Shown: positions 10,728-20,643 of the stretch, piece after piece
Position numbering within the stretch: position 1 is the stretch's first letter
How the letters are laid out: each line of letters begins with the position of its first letter
DNA from: Cyanobacteria bacterium auto_48_18
GTDB lineage: Bacteria > Cyanobacteriota > Vampirovibrionia > Obscuribacterales > Obscuribacteraceae
Direction of reading: 5' to 3'
DNA length: 64,000 nucleotides
Assembly: GCA_036170915.1 (NCBI GenBank)
Contig: JAVHQC010000022.1
Span: 64,001 to 128,000, forward strand
Made by a program: the position numbers and the translations under genes
Notes under the pieces: generated by a model
Database searches by the model: none
Told to the model about the DNA's origin: nothing
What the model saw: the letters and a program-made list of their open reading frames with translations, nothing else

Positions 10728-11153
10728 ATGCGTAATCTTGTAAAAATCATGGTGGCACTGGCGGTGGCATCGCCCTTCGTGCCTTGTATGGCCGACGAAC
10801 TGACGCATAGCTCCACCACTACGATTCAAACTTCAACGAAACCAGGTTCAAGCAGTAGTGAATCGGTGGAAGTAAGAAAGGGCGTCAAGTTCAAATTCCG
10901 CGAACGGTTACACAATCTGCACGAAAAAATTGATACAGCTGTGGCTAAAGGCTGGATTACCGCTGCTCAGGCATCAAGCTTTGGCGCCGAAGCCGATCGC
11001 CTCGTCACCGCTACTTCCAACGCAGAAGCTGCTGGTTGGCCGAAAGCACAGGTAGACACGCTCGAGAAGAATGTCACCAAGCTGAATGCCAGTCTGGCTA
11101 CTGCGTCCACAACCAAAAGCGCTAAAGTGACTACGAAGACAACCGTCAAATAA
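10728..11153 (+). CDS. Secreted hypothetical protein, Thr/Ser/Lys-rich
   Basis: GAGG SD, signal peptide (..PCMA/DE), followed by terminator. Confidence 0.8.
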   Translation: MRNLVKIMVALAVASPFVPCMADELTHSSTTTIQTSTKPGSSSSESVEVRKGVKFKFRERLHNLHEKIDTAVAKGWITAAQASSFGAEADRLVTATSNAEAAGWPKAQVDTLEKNVTKLNASLATASTTKSAKVTTKTTVK

Positions 11154-11199
11154 AGCGTTAAGTACAACGCCAAGTAAGTCGCGAGTAAAACGTCCAAGC

Positions 11200-11239
11200 A
11201 AAAACGCAGAGAAATTTTCGAAAATTTCTCTGCGTTTTT
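11200..11239. terminator. Bidirectional intrinsic terminator (perfect 40-bp palindrome)
   Basis: aaaaacgcagagaaatttt-cg-aaaatttctctgcgttttt between convergent genes. Confidence 0.85.
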
Positions 11240-11337
11240 CTGTGTTCTTTTTGTTCTACCGGTTGGGGTTAATTTTGGCTTCTACTTTCAATGTGTCCTC
11301 TATGTGGTGGCGTCTATGGTGCGCAAGCTTGTTGCCA

Positions 11338-11703
11338 TCAGGCAATGCAGGCTACAGGAAGCTCCAGTGTGGCTGGAATATTCCACATTACTGATTCACG
11401 ATAAAGAACATCATCTTGGAATAGCCAGTCTGAGCTCTTCTTCATTAACGCGACGTCGATAAAATCGCTGTCTTTGAATGAGTGGCTGACAAATGCCAGT
11501 CTTGGCAATTTGCCTGTTTTATAGCGGTTCTCCTTATTTGTCTTTTCGATTTTTTGCAGCACCTCAACGCGCTCAGCTGCATTAGGTAGATGATTGAGGA
11601 ATTTGGTCAATGTGCCATAGTGCCCTTTTTCTGCGGCATCCGTTAACTCACGGATTTTTGATTCCGGCACCAATGTGCTTGTAGATTTTTCTCTCATGAG
11701 CAA
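11338..11703 (-). CDS. Hypothetical protein
   Basis: 121-aa ORF with AAGGAG SD upstream. Confidence 0.75.
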   Translation of the reverse strand: MLMREKSTSTLVPESKIRELTDAAEKGHYGTLTKFLNHLPNAAERVEVLQKIEKTNKENRYKTGKLPRLAFVSHSFKDSDFIDVALMKKSSDWLFQDDVLYRESVMWNIPATLELPVACIA

Positions 11704-11959
11704 ATCTCTCCTTCGTGAACTTTGCTTTAGCCGGGTGACAAAATTGATAGTAGTTGCATCTCTTTACAACGTCACTGGTAAAAATACTAATAAAAGGGGA
11801 AGACCATTGGGGCGCTAGGAGAAAGATTTTTTTTGTAGCCAATTTCAGACTTGTATATCTTTTTGGCTGGCTTTTATTAAAGCGATATCTTTTTGCTGGC
11901 GGCTGCTTGAAAAGTCGAAAAATTTCGCTTTCACTTCTTCTTACCCTGTTTCCCACTAT

Positions 11960-12934
11960 TTGTTTAGGTTATTATTGCGCCATTACAAGTGGGTCTCACA
12001 ATTGCGTTTCTGTTCTAAATCTTGGTTTGTCTGGAGCATCGGCCTGATTCTTCTCCAATCGCCATCGGCCGCTCTGGCCATCGGTGCTGGTTCGTTCACC
12101 GATATAAAGATGACTCCAGAACTAAACTTCGAAGCCGAGGCGCGAGGCGAGCTGCGTACCGATGCATCTGAGCTTGCTGACATTCTAGAAATTCGTCCAT
12201 ATGTAGATCGTCTACGCGAGCATCGCAAACTTGGCCCTGTTGAAACTGCCAGTTTGCCTAAGCCTTTAGTGCATGCCAAATTTATTTGTCTCACCCGCAT
12301 CTTTACCGCATCTGAAGAGGTGCGCAGGCTGAGCGCACGCATCGATGCTGACCTTGCTACTTCAAATGTGGCTTTAGGTGATCTTTGCAACAAACGTGAT
12401 AACACTCGCAACATGATCAACACTCTGAACTTCATGCAGGGTGGCATTCTCGGTATTACCAAGCAATCGATGTTTCTCAATGGAAATTTGAGGAGATCTA
12501 ATTATCCGTTAATTGTCAGCACCAGTGTTGGTACCGGTCTGGCTGTACTCAACACTTTTTTGCCTAACATATACAGAAATAAAATTGGGCAACCGGAAAA
12601 TACTCTTGTGCATTTTCTCAATCCCAAATATCGCCCGCCCGATGCTGAGTACAGCTATTTGTGGAAGTTCTTTACCAGTCAAATTCCAGGCTCATCTTAT
12701 GGTCTGACTCGGCGCGAAGTTTTAGTTAAACACTGGCATGATTTTGCCAAACTGAATGAGAAAGATCAGCTGCTTGAGCGCAAGCTGACAGCCACTCCTA
12801 ATCCAAACGAACATTTGTCCGAAGATATTAATGTGTTGTCTATGCGCATCACTTTGCTGCACGATTTAAAAACTCATGTGGAAGAAATCGACGGTTGCCT
12901 TTACGAATTACAGAAATCGATCAGGTCAGAGTGA
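11960..12934 (+). CDS. Hypothetical exported protein, paralog of the next gene
   Basis: Shares NFMQGGILGI and TRREVL motifs with 12895..13860; start uncertain. Confidence 0.75.
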   Translation: MFRLLLRHYKWVSQLRFCSKSWFVWSIGLILLQSPSAALAIGAGSFTDIKMTPELNFEAEARGELRTDASELADILEIRPYVDRLREHRKLGPVETASLPKPLVHAKFICLTRIFTASEEVRRLSARIDADLATSNVALGDLCNKRDNTRNMINTLNFMQGGILGITKQSMFLNGNLRRSNYPLIVSTSVGTGLAVLNTFLPNIYRNKIGQPENTLVHFLNPKYRPPDAEYSYLWKFFTSQIPGSSYGLTRREVLVKHWHDFAKLNEKDQLLERKLTATPNPNEHLSEDINVLSMRITLLHDLKTHVEEIDGCLYELQKSIRSE

Positions 12935-13860
12935 TGATAAAGAAAAATATTGTTGTGGCAATGTCAGCCCTGAGTCTGTGTTTTATGCAGCCAGTGTGCG
13001 CACTTGAGCGAATTTTATCCACTGAGCAAACGAATAATTCAGCAACAAGTTCAGCAACAAATTCATCGATTAATTCCGCGATGCCGCTTACTGCTGGTGC
13101 TCGCGAAGCCGCTCAATTACTTGGTTTAATGCCGTTAGTGCAAAGATTGCAAGAAAGCAAGTTGACTGGTGATCCAGCTTTAATGAGCGATGAGCAAATG
13201 GCGATACGGGTGCATCTGCTCGACAGAATTTTAGAAGAATCATTAGAAGTTAGAGTGGTGGCCGATCGCATCGACCGCGAACTGGCCTGGGCCTACACAG
13301 GCAAAGGCATGCTTGAAGCCCGCAGACAAAAAAGACTGAACTATCTCTTTACCGCCAACTTCATGCAAGGCGGAATATTAGGTATTCTGGCTGGACCCAT
13401 GTTTTTGAACAAGCAGCCCACTGCCGGCGCTGAACTCTTATTGATCGGCAGCAGCGTGGGCTTATTGCTCTCGACGCTCGCTCTGGTGGAAAGTCGCAGC
13501 GGCACTAAAAAAATAGATGGTGAAGTGACTGTGCTGGCTGATGTTTACGAGCTTAATCAGTCTGGCACAAAACAGCATGAACCGGCTGTGGTGATGAAGT
13601 TTTTCAATTCTGTTCCGCCAAATTCGCTTGATCACAAAACTCGTCGCGAGGTATTGATCGATGGCTGGAAGCGGGGCAAATATTTGCGCGACACCAGCGA
13701 AAAGCATTTAGACAAATTGGCTGCCATTAACCCGCCCGGAGCAAAATACAAAGAGAATATCGGCTTGTTAGGTGATCGCATTCGCATGCTCTATGACGTG
13801 CAATGGACAATCGAGCAACTCGATGCCGAATTACTCGATTTGATGCGGGCTACACGCTAG
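12931..13860 (+). CDS. Hypothetical exported protein, paralog of the previous gene
   Basis: Signal peptide MIKKNIVVAMSALSLCF; NFMQGGILGI motif; start overlaps upstream stop. Confidence 0.8.
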   Translation: MMIKKNIVVAMSALSLCFMQPVCALERILSTEQTNNSATSSATNSSINSAMPLTAGAREAAQLLGLMPLVQRLQESKLTGDPALMSDEQMAIRVHLLDRILEESLEVRVVADRIDRELAWAYTGKGMLEARRQKRLNYLFTANFMQGGILGILAGPMFLNKQPTAGAELLLIGSSVGLLLSTLALVESRSGTKKIDGEVTVLADVYELNQSGTKQHEPAVVMKFFNSVPPNSLDHKTRREVLIDGWKRGKYLRDTSEKHLDKLAAINPPGAKYKENIGLLGDRIRMLYDVQWTIEQLDAELLDLMRATR

Positions 13861-13882
13861 GGCTACACGTTAGAAAATTTTT

Positions 13883-15439
13883 TTAGCTCACGCCTTCGCT
13901 TGGAGCGAAGAACACACCTGTGGGATCATACTTTTTGCGCAACTCTCCCAGCCTTTTGAAATTGGCTGGAGAATAGCTCTCCACAAGGTGTTTAGGATAG
14001 GTAATGGTGTCAGTTTCAGACACATAGTGCCCGTGCGTGAAGGGTGCCACCAGAGTCAACATTTTTTTATGCCAGGCGATATTAGCGGTATCATCGGCAG
14101 TGTCTTTCCACATTGTCCAGGGGCCGCCATAAAGCTTGGCACTCATTGAAAAGGCGGCGTCAGGCAGTTTTTCAGGCACATTAGACCCTGTGAAGACCGC
14201 ATACATAAATACAGTGTCTGGTGAAGGTGTGACCTTGAAGTGTTCTTTGGTCGCTTTAATAATTTCATCGAGATTACTGTTGGAGAACATGGCTTCAACT
14301 TGATTGCGCATATCAGCTTTCCATAATGCCCCTGAGAAATCAAAAAGATCAGGGAAAGTATATGGCTTGTTTTGCGGCTTCAACATACATTTATTTATTA
14401 CCGGGCAAGTATCAAGAATAGCCATGGCGGCATTGCCTTCTTCTTGTGACGAGACGAAAGAAGTAGCGGTTACCAGAGCACATTTACCATTTTCGGCTTT
14501 AGTCTGATCGGTCAGCTCCGGTGGTGCTGTGGCGAGCCAAAATGAAAGCTCTACACATGGTTTCATTTTTGGCGCCACTTCCTTAAGCCAGCCGGCCACA
14601 GCTTCGGCCTGGCTCAGCGGATAGTAGTACGAGCTGCATATGATCGCTTTGGGCAAGGGATAAAGTCTGAGGTGGTAGCGCACGGCCACAAAGAATGAGC
14701 CTGCGCCGGCTCCTCTGGCAGCCCAGAAATAATCTTGATGATGATCTTTGTCGGCGACAATCAGTTCACCATCGGCGGTGACCATTTCAATTTTTTCGAC
14801 GCTGCCAACACCTGGGCCCCAGGTGCCTTGATTCCAGGCCATTCCGCCACTGAGCAAGTAACCGCTCAATTTTACTTGAGGACAGTGACCTGAAGGGAAT
14901 GCCAGGTTTTTAGCGTTCAGCGCTTTTTGAATATCTCGATTGCTGATGATTGGTTCGACTATTGCGATTTTTTTGTCTTCGTCGATTGAAATCACTTTAT
15001 TCATCAGTGTGAGATCAATCATCATGCCGCCATTGCGCAGCGAAGGGTTGCACCAGTTGTGGCCGCCTCCGCGCACAACTACTTTCATTTTATTGGCTTT
15101 GGCAAATTTAACCGCAGCCATAACGTCGGCGTCGGTTTTAACGTTTACCACTACCTGTGGTGCGCGGTTAGCGTAGAGTCTGTTCCACAGACCGCTGTAG
15201 ACTTTGTCTTTGAAATTGCTGTCGCTTGGTATAGAAATTTCGCATTGCACAGCTTTGCGCAGTGCTTCCGCGTCAAAGCTCGCCTTGTTAGCCGCCAGTG
15301 CCTTTTCAGGATCGAATGTACCAACAAAAATAGATCCTGCTGCTGCCAGCCCACCTGCTAGAAATATCCTGCGGCTAATATTAATGGTCTTCTGAGTTTC
15401 TGCACCATGGGTGATTGGGTCCAGCTGCTTCTTCATCAT
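13883..15439 (-). CDS. FAD-binding oxidoreductase (berberine bridge enzyme-like), Tat-exported
   Basis: SRRIFL Tat motif; RGGGH FAD-linking His; FWAARGAG; C-terminal KKYDP. Confidence 0.9.
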   Translation of the reverse strand: MMKKQLDPITHGAETQKTINISRRIFLAGGLAAAGSIFVGTFDPEKALAANKASFDAEALRKAVQCEISIPSDSNFKDKVYSGLWNRLYANRAPQVVVNVKTDADVMAAVKFAKANKMKVVVRGGGHNWCNPSLRNGGMMIDLTLMNKVISIDEDKKIAIVEPIISNRDIQKALNAKNLAFPSGHCPQVKLSGYLLSGGMAWNQGTWGPGVGSVEKIEMVTADGELIVADKDHHQDYFWAARGAGAGSFFVAVRYHLRLYPLPKAIICSSYYYPLSQAEAVAGWLKEVAPKMKPCVELSFWLATAPPELTDQTKAENGKCALVTATSFVSSQEEGNAAMAILDTCPVINKCMLKPQNKPYTFPDLFDFSGALWKADMRNQVEAMFSNSNLDEIIKATKEHFKVTPSPDTVFMYAVFTGSNVPEKLPDAAFSMSAKLYGGPWTMWKDTADDTANIAWHKKMLTLVAPFTHGHYVSETDTITYPKHLVESYSPANFKRLGELRKKYDPTGVFFAPSEGVS

Positions 15440-15461
15440 TACCTCAAAAAATCAGTACTTT

Positions 15462-16427
15462 TTATTTAACTGTGCTGTTGCTCAGACGCTTTTCGCCGTG
15501 AGCGTCATAAATAAATGGGCCGCCTTCGTCATTAACCACCAGCGGTTCATGCAGAGCCGCCAGCCGAACTGCTAATTCTTGTAAAACCGATGACAGACCT
15601 GCTTGTGCTTGATAGCGTAAGAGCTGGCTGGCAATCAACGAAAGCCTTTGTTTAAATGAAGGCAATTCCAGAGGTTCCATCAGTGGTGTTTCAAAAGCTT
15701 TGCAGTCGGCTCTTTGAAAACTGGCGGCAATGCTGATGCGCGAATAATCGCCGTGCTTACTGCTGCGGCCACCCCAGTGATAAACCGCTTCGTTCCAGGC
15801 CAGTATGTCGCCTGCTTTTGTCGGCAAAGCGCGAATATCTTGATAGTTGGCCACGCCACACTTGAGCAAATTATCGGGAAAGTTAGCGTCGTATTGCAGG
15901 GGCAGAATGTAAATGCAACCGGTGTCAGGGCTGGCATCAGTCAAAGAGATCCAGATATTTAAAGCTGTGGTGCGGCCATCGGCTGCCACGGTTCTCCTGC
16001 GAGAGCGGTCGCGGTGAGGCATAAATCCGGCACTTTGGCCTCCTGGTTCGACGCAAAATGTCCAGAGAGCCGGCATCATTTTGTAATCGTCGCCGAGAAT
16101 TTGCCCCAGTAAGCCATTTAGGTGTTGAAACTGTTGCCAGCACTGATCATAAACAAAGAGAAAAGGCGTTGGCCATTGCTCGTCGCGAATCTTTTTGACA
16201 GCATTCACCAGTGGCGGCAGCGTCTTGGCTTCCATTACATTTTCTATTTTGAAGTAGCCTTCTTCTTTGAGATCTTCAAGGGTGCGCTCGGCTTGGTCCT
16301 GTTTCAAAGCAAAAGATTTAGCACTGGGCTTGCCGCCCTGCGAAATAGTCAAATGCGGATTGAGATAAAGCCAGAACTCAGGATCTGTGGCCAGGTCAAA
16401 AAAAGATTTACCACCAATGTCGTACAT
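15462..16427 (-). CDS. Phytanoyl-CoA dioxygenase (PhyH)-family Fe/2OG oxygenase
   Basis: PHRD HxD motif, WISLTDA...GCIYILP, distal H (YHWG), RISIA. Confidence 0.85.
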   Translation of the reverse strand: MYDIGGKSFFDLATDPEFWLYLNPHLTISQGGKPSAKSFALKQDQAERTLEDLKEEGYFKIENVMEAKTLPPLVNAVKKIRDEQWPTPFLFVYDQCWQQFQHLNGLLGQILGDDYKMMPALWTFCVEPGGQSAGFMPHRDRSRRRTVAADGRTTALNIWISLTDASPDTGCIYILPLQYDANFPDNLLKCGVANYQDIRALPTKAGDILAWNEAVYHWGGRSSKHGDYSRISIAASFQRADCKAFETPLMEPLELPSFKQRLSLIASQLLRYQAQAGLSSVLQELAVRLAALHEPLVVNDEGGPFIYDAHGEKRLSNSTVK

Positions 16428-16489
16428 GTTTTTAACTCAGCAGGCGGTCAACCCCCTAAGTTTAGCCTAACTGAGCAGGCTGTTGATTA

Positions 16490-17467
16490 TTGATGAGACA
16501 GCTTTGGTATATAAACTCAGCCGCCGAAATCAAATTGGAGTTGATTGTGAGCAAGTTAGTCAGATGGTTGCCAAACTTAGCATCTGGATTGCTGCTCTCA
16601 GCTTTGCCGGCCCAGGCTGAGCAAACACAGTCGCCGCCTGGTGAACCGGCTGTTGGTCCGGCCACAAGTCTCAGTACGGGAGCCGCTGTGACACCAGTTG
16701 AGCTGGTGGCGATTTTGCGTAATGCTCGTGTAGTTGCCGCCGATTACCCGCTGCGGGCCAGTTACAACGAACGCGAAGCAGTTGTCACGACAAAACGCAA
16801 TCCTCAGGCCAAAGACAATGACTGCAAAATCGAGGCAGTGATGATGACCAAGGCCTTAATGGACTCATTTCCTGAAATTTTGCGCGTCAAAGTGCTGTTT
16901 TCAGACCTTGAGCAGCAGAAATATACATCGGTCAATCTGTCCAAGGGCGACATCGCTTCGTTTGGTGCTGGTAAGCTTGCCCAAAAAGATTTTTTAGACT
17001 CGCTTGAGATCAGTACTTTTGACGAAAATGTCTCTCCTTTTGCCTCGCGCTCGGATGGCGCAGTTTCTACCGGGGTCGCCCCTGGGCCCATGCAGGACAA
17101 AAGACTTTTGCTTTTAAGCCGTATTGAAAGTCTGAGGAGCAAAGGCACAAACGTCAAAGCGTATCTAGATTATTTTCAGACTGTAGAAGATGCTGCCAGG
17201 TCTGGAGATGAAGCGAAAGTGCAGAATCTAGTGGGTAGCCTATCAGGCAAGCTCAATGATCAAGAGAAAATGCGTGAGCAAGCATATGCCACCGGAGTGC
17301 GGTCAGAAGTTTTGCGTTTTCAAACGCAATTGCAGCGTTATGTTGTCAGCGGGCGCAAACTGCCGTTTGACCTGGGTCAAGTTGCTAAAATACAGCAGTT
17401 GGTTGTGGCCGGTAGAAATGCCGAAGCAAAAGCTTTGATGCAAACATTGGAGCAAAAACTTCGTTAG
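16490..17467 (+). CDS. Hypothetical exported protein
   Basis: 325-aa ORF with signal-like segment ending AQA; true start probably slightly downstream. Confidence 0.7.
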   Translation: MMRQLWYINSAAEIKLELIVSKLVRWLPNLASGLLLSALPAQAEQTQSPPGEPAVGPATSLSTGAAVTPVELVAILRNARVVAADYPLRASYNEREAVVTTKRNPQAKDNDCKIEAVMMTKALMDSFPEILRVKVLFSDLEQQKYTSVNLSKGDIASFGAGKLAQKDFLDSLEISTFDENVSPFASRSDGAVSTGVAPGPMQDKRLLLLSRIESLRSKGTNVKAYLDYFQTVEDAARSGDEAKVQNLVGSLSGKLNDQEKMREQAYATGVRSEVLRFQTQLQRYVVSGRKLPFDLGQVAKIQQLVVAGRNAEAKALMQTLEQKLR

Positions 17468-17512
17468 AGACTTTCTTAGTTGTTCGAGCTTTTGCATCAT
17501 GCTTTTTAAGGA

Positions 17513-19930
17513 TTGGTAATGGTAGGACCATCAGGCGCTGAATTTTCGCCCGGTGATATCGTCGGTAAAACCTATGTGATCATTGGCTATATTGGCCGTG
17601 GGGCCATGGGTTTTGTTTATCATGCCAGGCATATCGATCTACCCAAAGAGTATGCGCTGAAAACTCTCCGCAGCGATCAAATTACTGATACCGCCTGGTT
17701 TCGCTTTCAAATGGAAGCGCAATCAGTGGCAAAGATGTTTCACCCAAACATTGTCAGCATTCACAATTTTGGATCGCACAAGACTGAAAACGGTCTGGAG
17801 CAGCCATTTTATGTAATGGATCTGCTTTACGGCGTGAGCCTCATGGAGAAATTGCGAGACCAGGGGCCGCCACCACTGCCCATTACATTGCAGATTTTTA
17901 TCCAGGCGGCCAGCGGATTTGGCTATGCTCACAGTAAAGGCATTATTCACCGTGATGTTAAGCCGGGCAACATTATGTTGCTAAATCAGCCGGATGCCAT
18001 GGGTGCCAGCGTCAAGATTGTAGATTTTGGCATCGCCAAACTTACAGCTGAAGCGGATAAAGCATCACAGCAGTTGACTCGCGACGGTGATATAGTCGGC
18101 AGCCCTTATTACATGAGCCCTGAACACAGTCTTGGTTACCCTACCGACTCTCGCAGCGATATTTATTCTTTAGGTGTTTCTTTATTTGAAACATTGACAG
18201 GTGAAGCGCCTTTCTCAGGCCCCTCAGCAGTAGATATTATGCTTAAGCACCAGAGCGACCCTGTGCCCGACATCAATAATTTTGGCGACCATGCAGATAA
18301 CGGAGAGACCCCGATTTATCCTGCTTCGGTGCAACTCGTGATTGAGCAAATGATGGCCAAATCACCTGAACAGCGCTATCAAACCATGGAGCAGGTGGCG
18401 GCTGATTTGTGGACGATATTGCAAGATGGGTCTATTGAACCTTTGCCTCTTGCACCAGGGGCGGTGCAAGATCGAGTCTCGCAGACCTGGCGAAATGCTA
18501 ACAGTAGTGGTATGGAAACAAGACGACTTGTTCCACTGTCAACTGATGATATAGACGATATAGATGATGATGAGCTCGATGAGCCTGGTCTCGACGACGG
18601 CGATCTTGAAACTATCTCAGGTGAGACCCAGCATAGCCCTGGTAATTTAGATGCAAACGAGAGCAGTGAAGACCACAGTCAAGTCGCCGCTTCCGTTACA
18701 GACATGCTGCAAACGGGCCGTTCCATTTCAAGGGTGCAGACCGTTCCTTCGAGCGTAAAAGTGCCCGTTGCTCAGCTCACTTTTTTAGTAATTGCGCTGG
18801 TCACAGCTGCGGTTACTGGAATATTATTTTTCGTCAGTAGGTCTTCACACAGTGCGGTATCTATCGTCAAGCCTGTGATCAAAAAAGCGGCTCCAGTAAC
18901 TGCGAAGATTGATGCTGAAGAAGACAAAGAACCTGGCAGCTCGCGCTATGAGACGGCGCCCTACTGCACCTTGAAGCGAGTGAAAGACGACGAAATTAGA
19001 AGTTTCAATTTCCCAACAGATTGTTTGATCGGCAGTATTGAATATTGGCACAATGACACAGGCAGTTGGGTGACTGCTAAAGCTAAGGGGCACCTGGAGC
19101 TTAAACGTTACGATTGGCCGATGTTTATCCCCTCCCGCCTTGTGGCAAAATATCCACAGTACTTAAAACGTTTTCGCAAAGGCGATGTTACCGCCATAAG
19201 GTTTGTCGAAAATTCTGATAGCGACGCGGTCTTTGAAGCTTGCACGGTAATTCCTGGTATTGAAGAAATAAAATTCTATGACACCACTCACTTGACTAAT
19301 AAGTGCATTTCTTCTTTAGATAAGTTCAAAGATCTTAAATTGCTGGATGCTTCAAAAAGCACCATTGGCGGCACTGCTCTGGCCAAAGCAGCCTGCTGTG
19401 AAAAACTAGAGAAGCTTTATTTCAGCAGGGGTAAAGATCTGCCTCCACTTTTAGACAAACTTAAATCAAATAAGGAATTGAGACTTCTGGATGTGAACAG
19501 CTGCGCTTTGAGCTATCAAGACTACAAGACTATTGCCAGTTTTCCGGCTTTGCGCAGCCTTAATGTTGCGTACACTGATGTTACAAAGGGCGAGCTTAAA
19601 CTTCTCGCCAAGTCTAAGAGTTTGGACGAGCTCAGAATGTCTAGCTACGACCTCGATCCAGAGATGATAGCGGTAATTCTAACAATGCCAAGAATCAAAA
19701 CCCTAGATCTTTCGGATACTAAGGTAACTAAAGCGCAGGTCAGACAACTGGCACAATCAAACAATCTTGAAGAGTTGAAAATGAAAGATTGTGGTCTCGA
19801 TGAAGAATTTATTCCGCTATTCAGAAAAATGAAAAGGCTAAAGAAGCTGCAGTTAATAGTGTTCGGCAAGACGACCGAAAAGCTTCGGGATACCTTCAAG
19901 TCTGGATTGCCTGGGGTTAAGATCGAATGA
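17513..19930 (+). CDS. Hanks-type Ser/Thr kinase with TM helix and C-terminal LRR ectodomain
   Basis: GRGAMG, ALK, HRDVKPGN, DFG, YMSPE; acidic linker; TM; LxxLxL repeats. Confidence 0.92.
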   Translation: MVMVGPSGAEFSPGDIVGKTYVIIGYIGRGAMGFVYHARHIDLPKEYALKTLRSDQITDTAWFRFQMEAQSVAKMFHPNIVSIHNFGSHKTENGLEQPFYVMDLLYGVSLMEKLRDQGPPPLPITLQIFIQAASGFGYAHSKGIIHRDVKPGNIMLLNQPDAMGASVKIVDFGIAKLTAEADKASQQLTRDGDIVGSPYYMSPEHSLGYPTDSRSDIYSLGVSLFETLTGEAPFSGPSAVDIMLKHQSDPVPDINNFGDHADNGETPIYPASVQLVIEQMMAKSPEQRYQTMEQVAADLWTILQDGSIEPLPLAPGAVQDRVSQTWRNANSSGMETRRLVPLSTDDIDDIDDDELDEPGLDDGDLETISGETQHSPGNLDANESSEDHSQVAASVTDMLQTGRSISRVQTVPSSVKVPVAQLTFLVIALVTAAVTGILFFVSRSSHSAVSIVKPVIKKAAPVTAKIDAEEDKEPGSSRYETAPYCTLKRVKDDEIRSFNFPTDCLIGSIEYWHNDTGSWVTAKAKGHLELKRYDWPMFIPSRLVAKYPQYLKRFRKGDVTAIRFVENSDSDAVFEACTVIPGIEEIKFYDTTHLTNKCISSLDKFKDLKLLDASKSTIGGTALAKAACCEKLEKLYFSRGKDLPPLLDKLKSNKELRLLDVNSCALSYQDYKTIASFPALRSLNVAYTDVTKGELKLLAKSKSLDELRMSSYDLDPEMIAVILTMPRIKTLDLSDTKVTKAQVRQLAQSNNLEELKMKDCGLDEEFIPLFRKMKRLKKLQLIVFGKTTEKLRDTFKSGLPGVKIE

Positions 19931-20643
19931 CAGCTAGTAATGATTTGAAACTTTCTGTAGTGATGCCGGCTTACAATGAAGAAGGCACTATCGAAGAGGC
20001 TGTGCGCGAAGTGCAGCAAGTGGTGCTTGATACTGTGGGTGATGCCGAATTTATTGTGGTTGACGATGGCAGCAAAGATGCTACTTCGTCAATTCTTGCT
20101 AAGCTTGCCGAGTCAGACCCTCGCCTGCATGTGATTACTCAAGTTAATCAAGGCCACGGGCCTGCACTTCGTAATGGCATTGAACATGCTACCGGGGCCT
20201 TTATCTTTTTAATCGACAGCGATAGACAGATCCCGATTGAAGCTTTCGATGCTCTTTGGGCGGAGGCCCCTACCCACGATCTGGTTATGGGTGTGCGGGT
20301 GCAAAGGCACGATCCGCCCAGCCGACTTTTGCTTACCAAAGTTGTGAAAGGAGCTCTGCAGGCTTTGTTTGGTGTTGCAGCTAAAGACGCCAACGTGCCT
20401 TTTAAAATTTTGAAACGCTCCCTCTGGCAAACTGCCCGTAATTTTATACCCGCAGACACACTGGCACCGTCTTTGTTTTTGGCTGTTTTTGCTCTGCGCA
20501 AATCGGCAAAGGTGCTGGAAATCACTGTGCCTCACCGCGAACGACCGGCAGGCACTTCGTCAATAAAGCACATGAAACTGATTAGATTTTGCCTCAAAGC
20601 TTTCAAACAATTAGGTGCCTTTCGCAGGACAATCTCTCAATGA
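19927..20643 (+). CDS. GT2 glycosyltransferase (DPM1/GtrB-like)
   Basis: PAYNEE, VDDGSKD, NQGHG, DSD. Confidence 0.9.
   Translation: MTASNDLKLSVVMPAYNEEGTIEEAVREVQQVVLDTVGDAEFIVVDDGSKDATSSILAKLAESDPRLHVITQVNQGHGPALRNGIEHATGAFIFLIDSDRQIPIEAFDALWAEAPTHDLVMGVRVQRHDPPSRLLLTKVVKGALQALFGVAAKDANVPFKILKRSLWQTARNFIPADTLAPSLFLAVFALRKSAKVLEITVPHRERPAGTSSIKHMKLIRFCLKAFKQLGAFRRTISQ

Noticed and set aside
11150..11240. CRISPR array or integron attC site
   Set aside because: Single perfect palindrome with A/T tails between convergent genes fits a terminator; no repeat-spacer periodicity, cas genes or integrase
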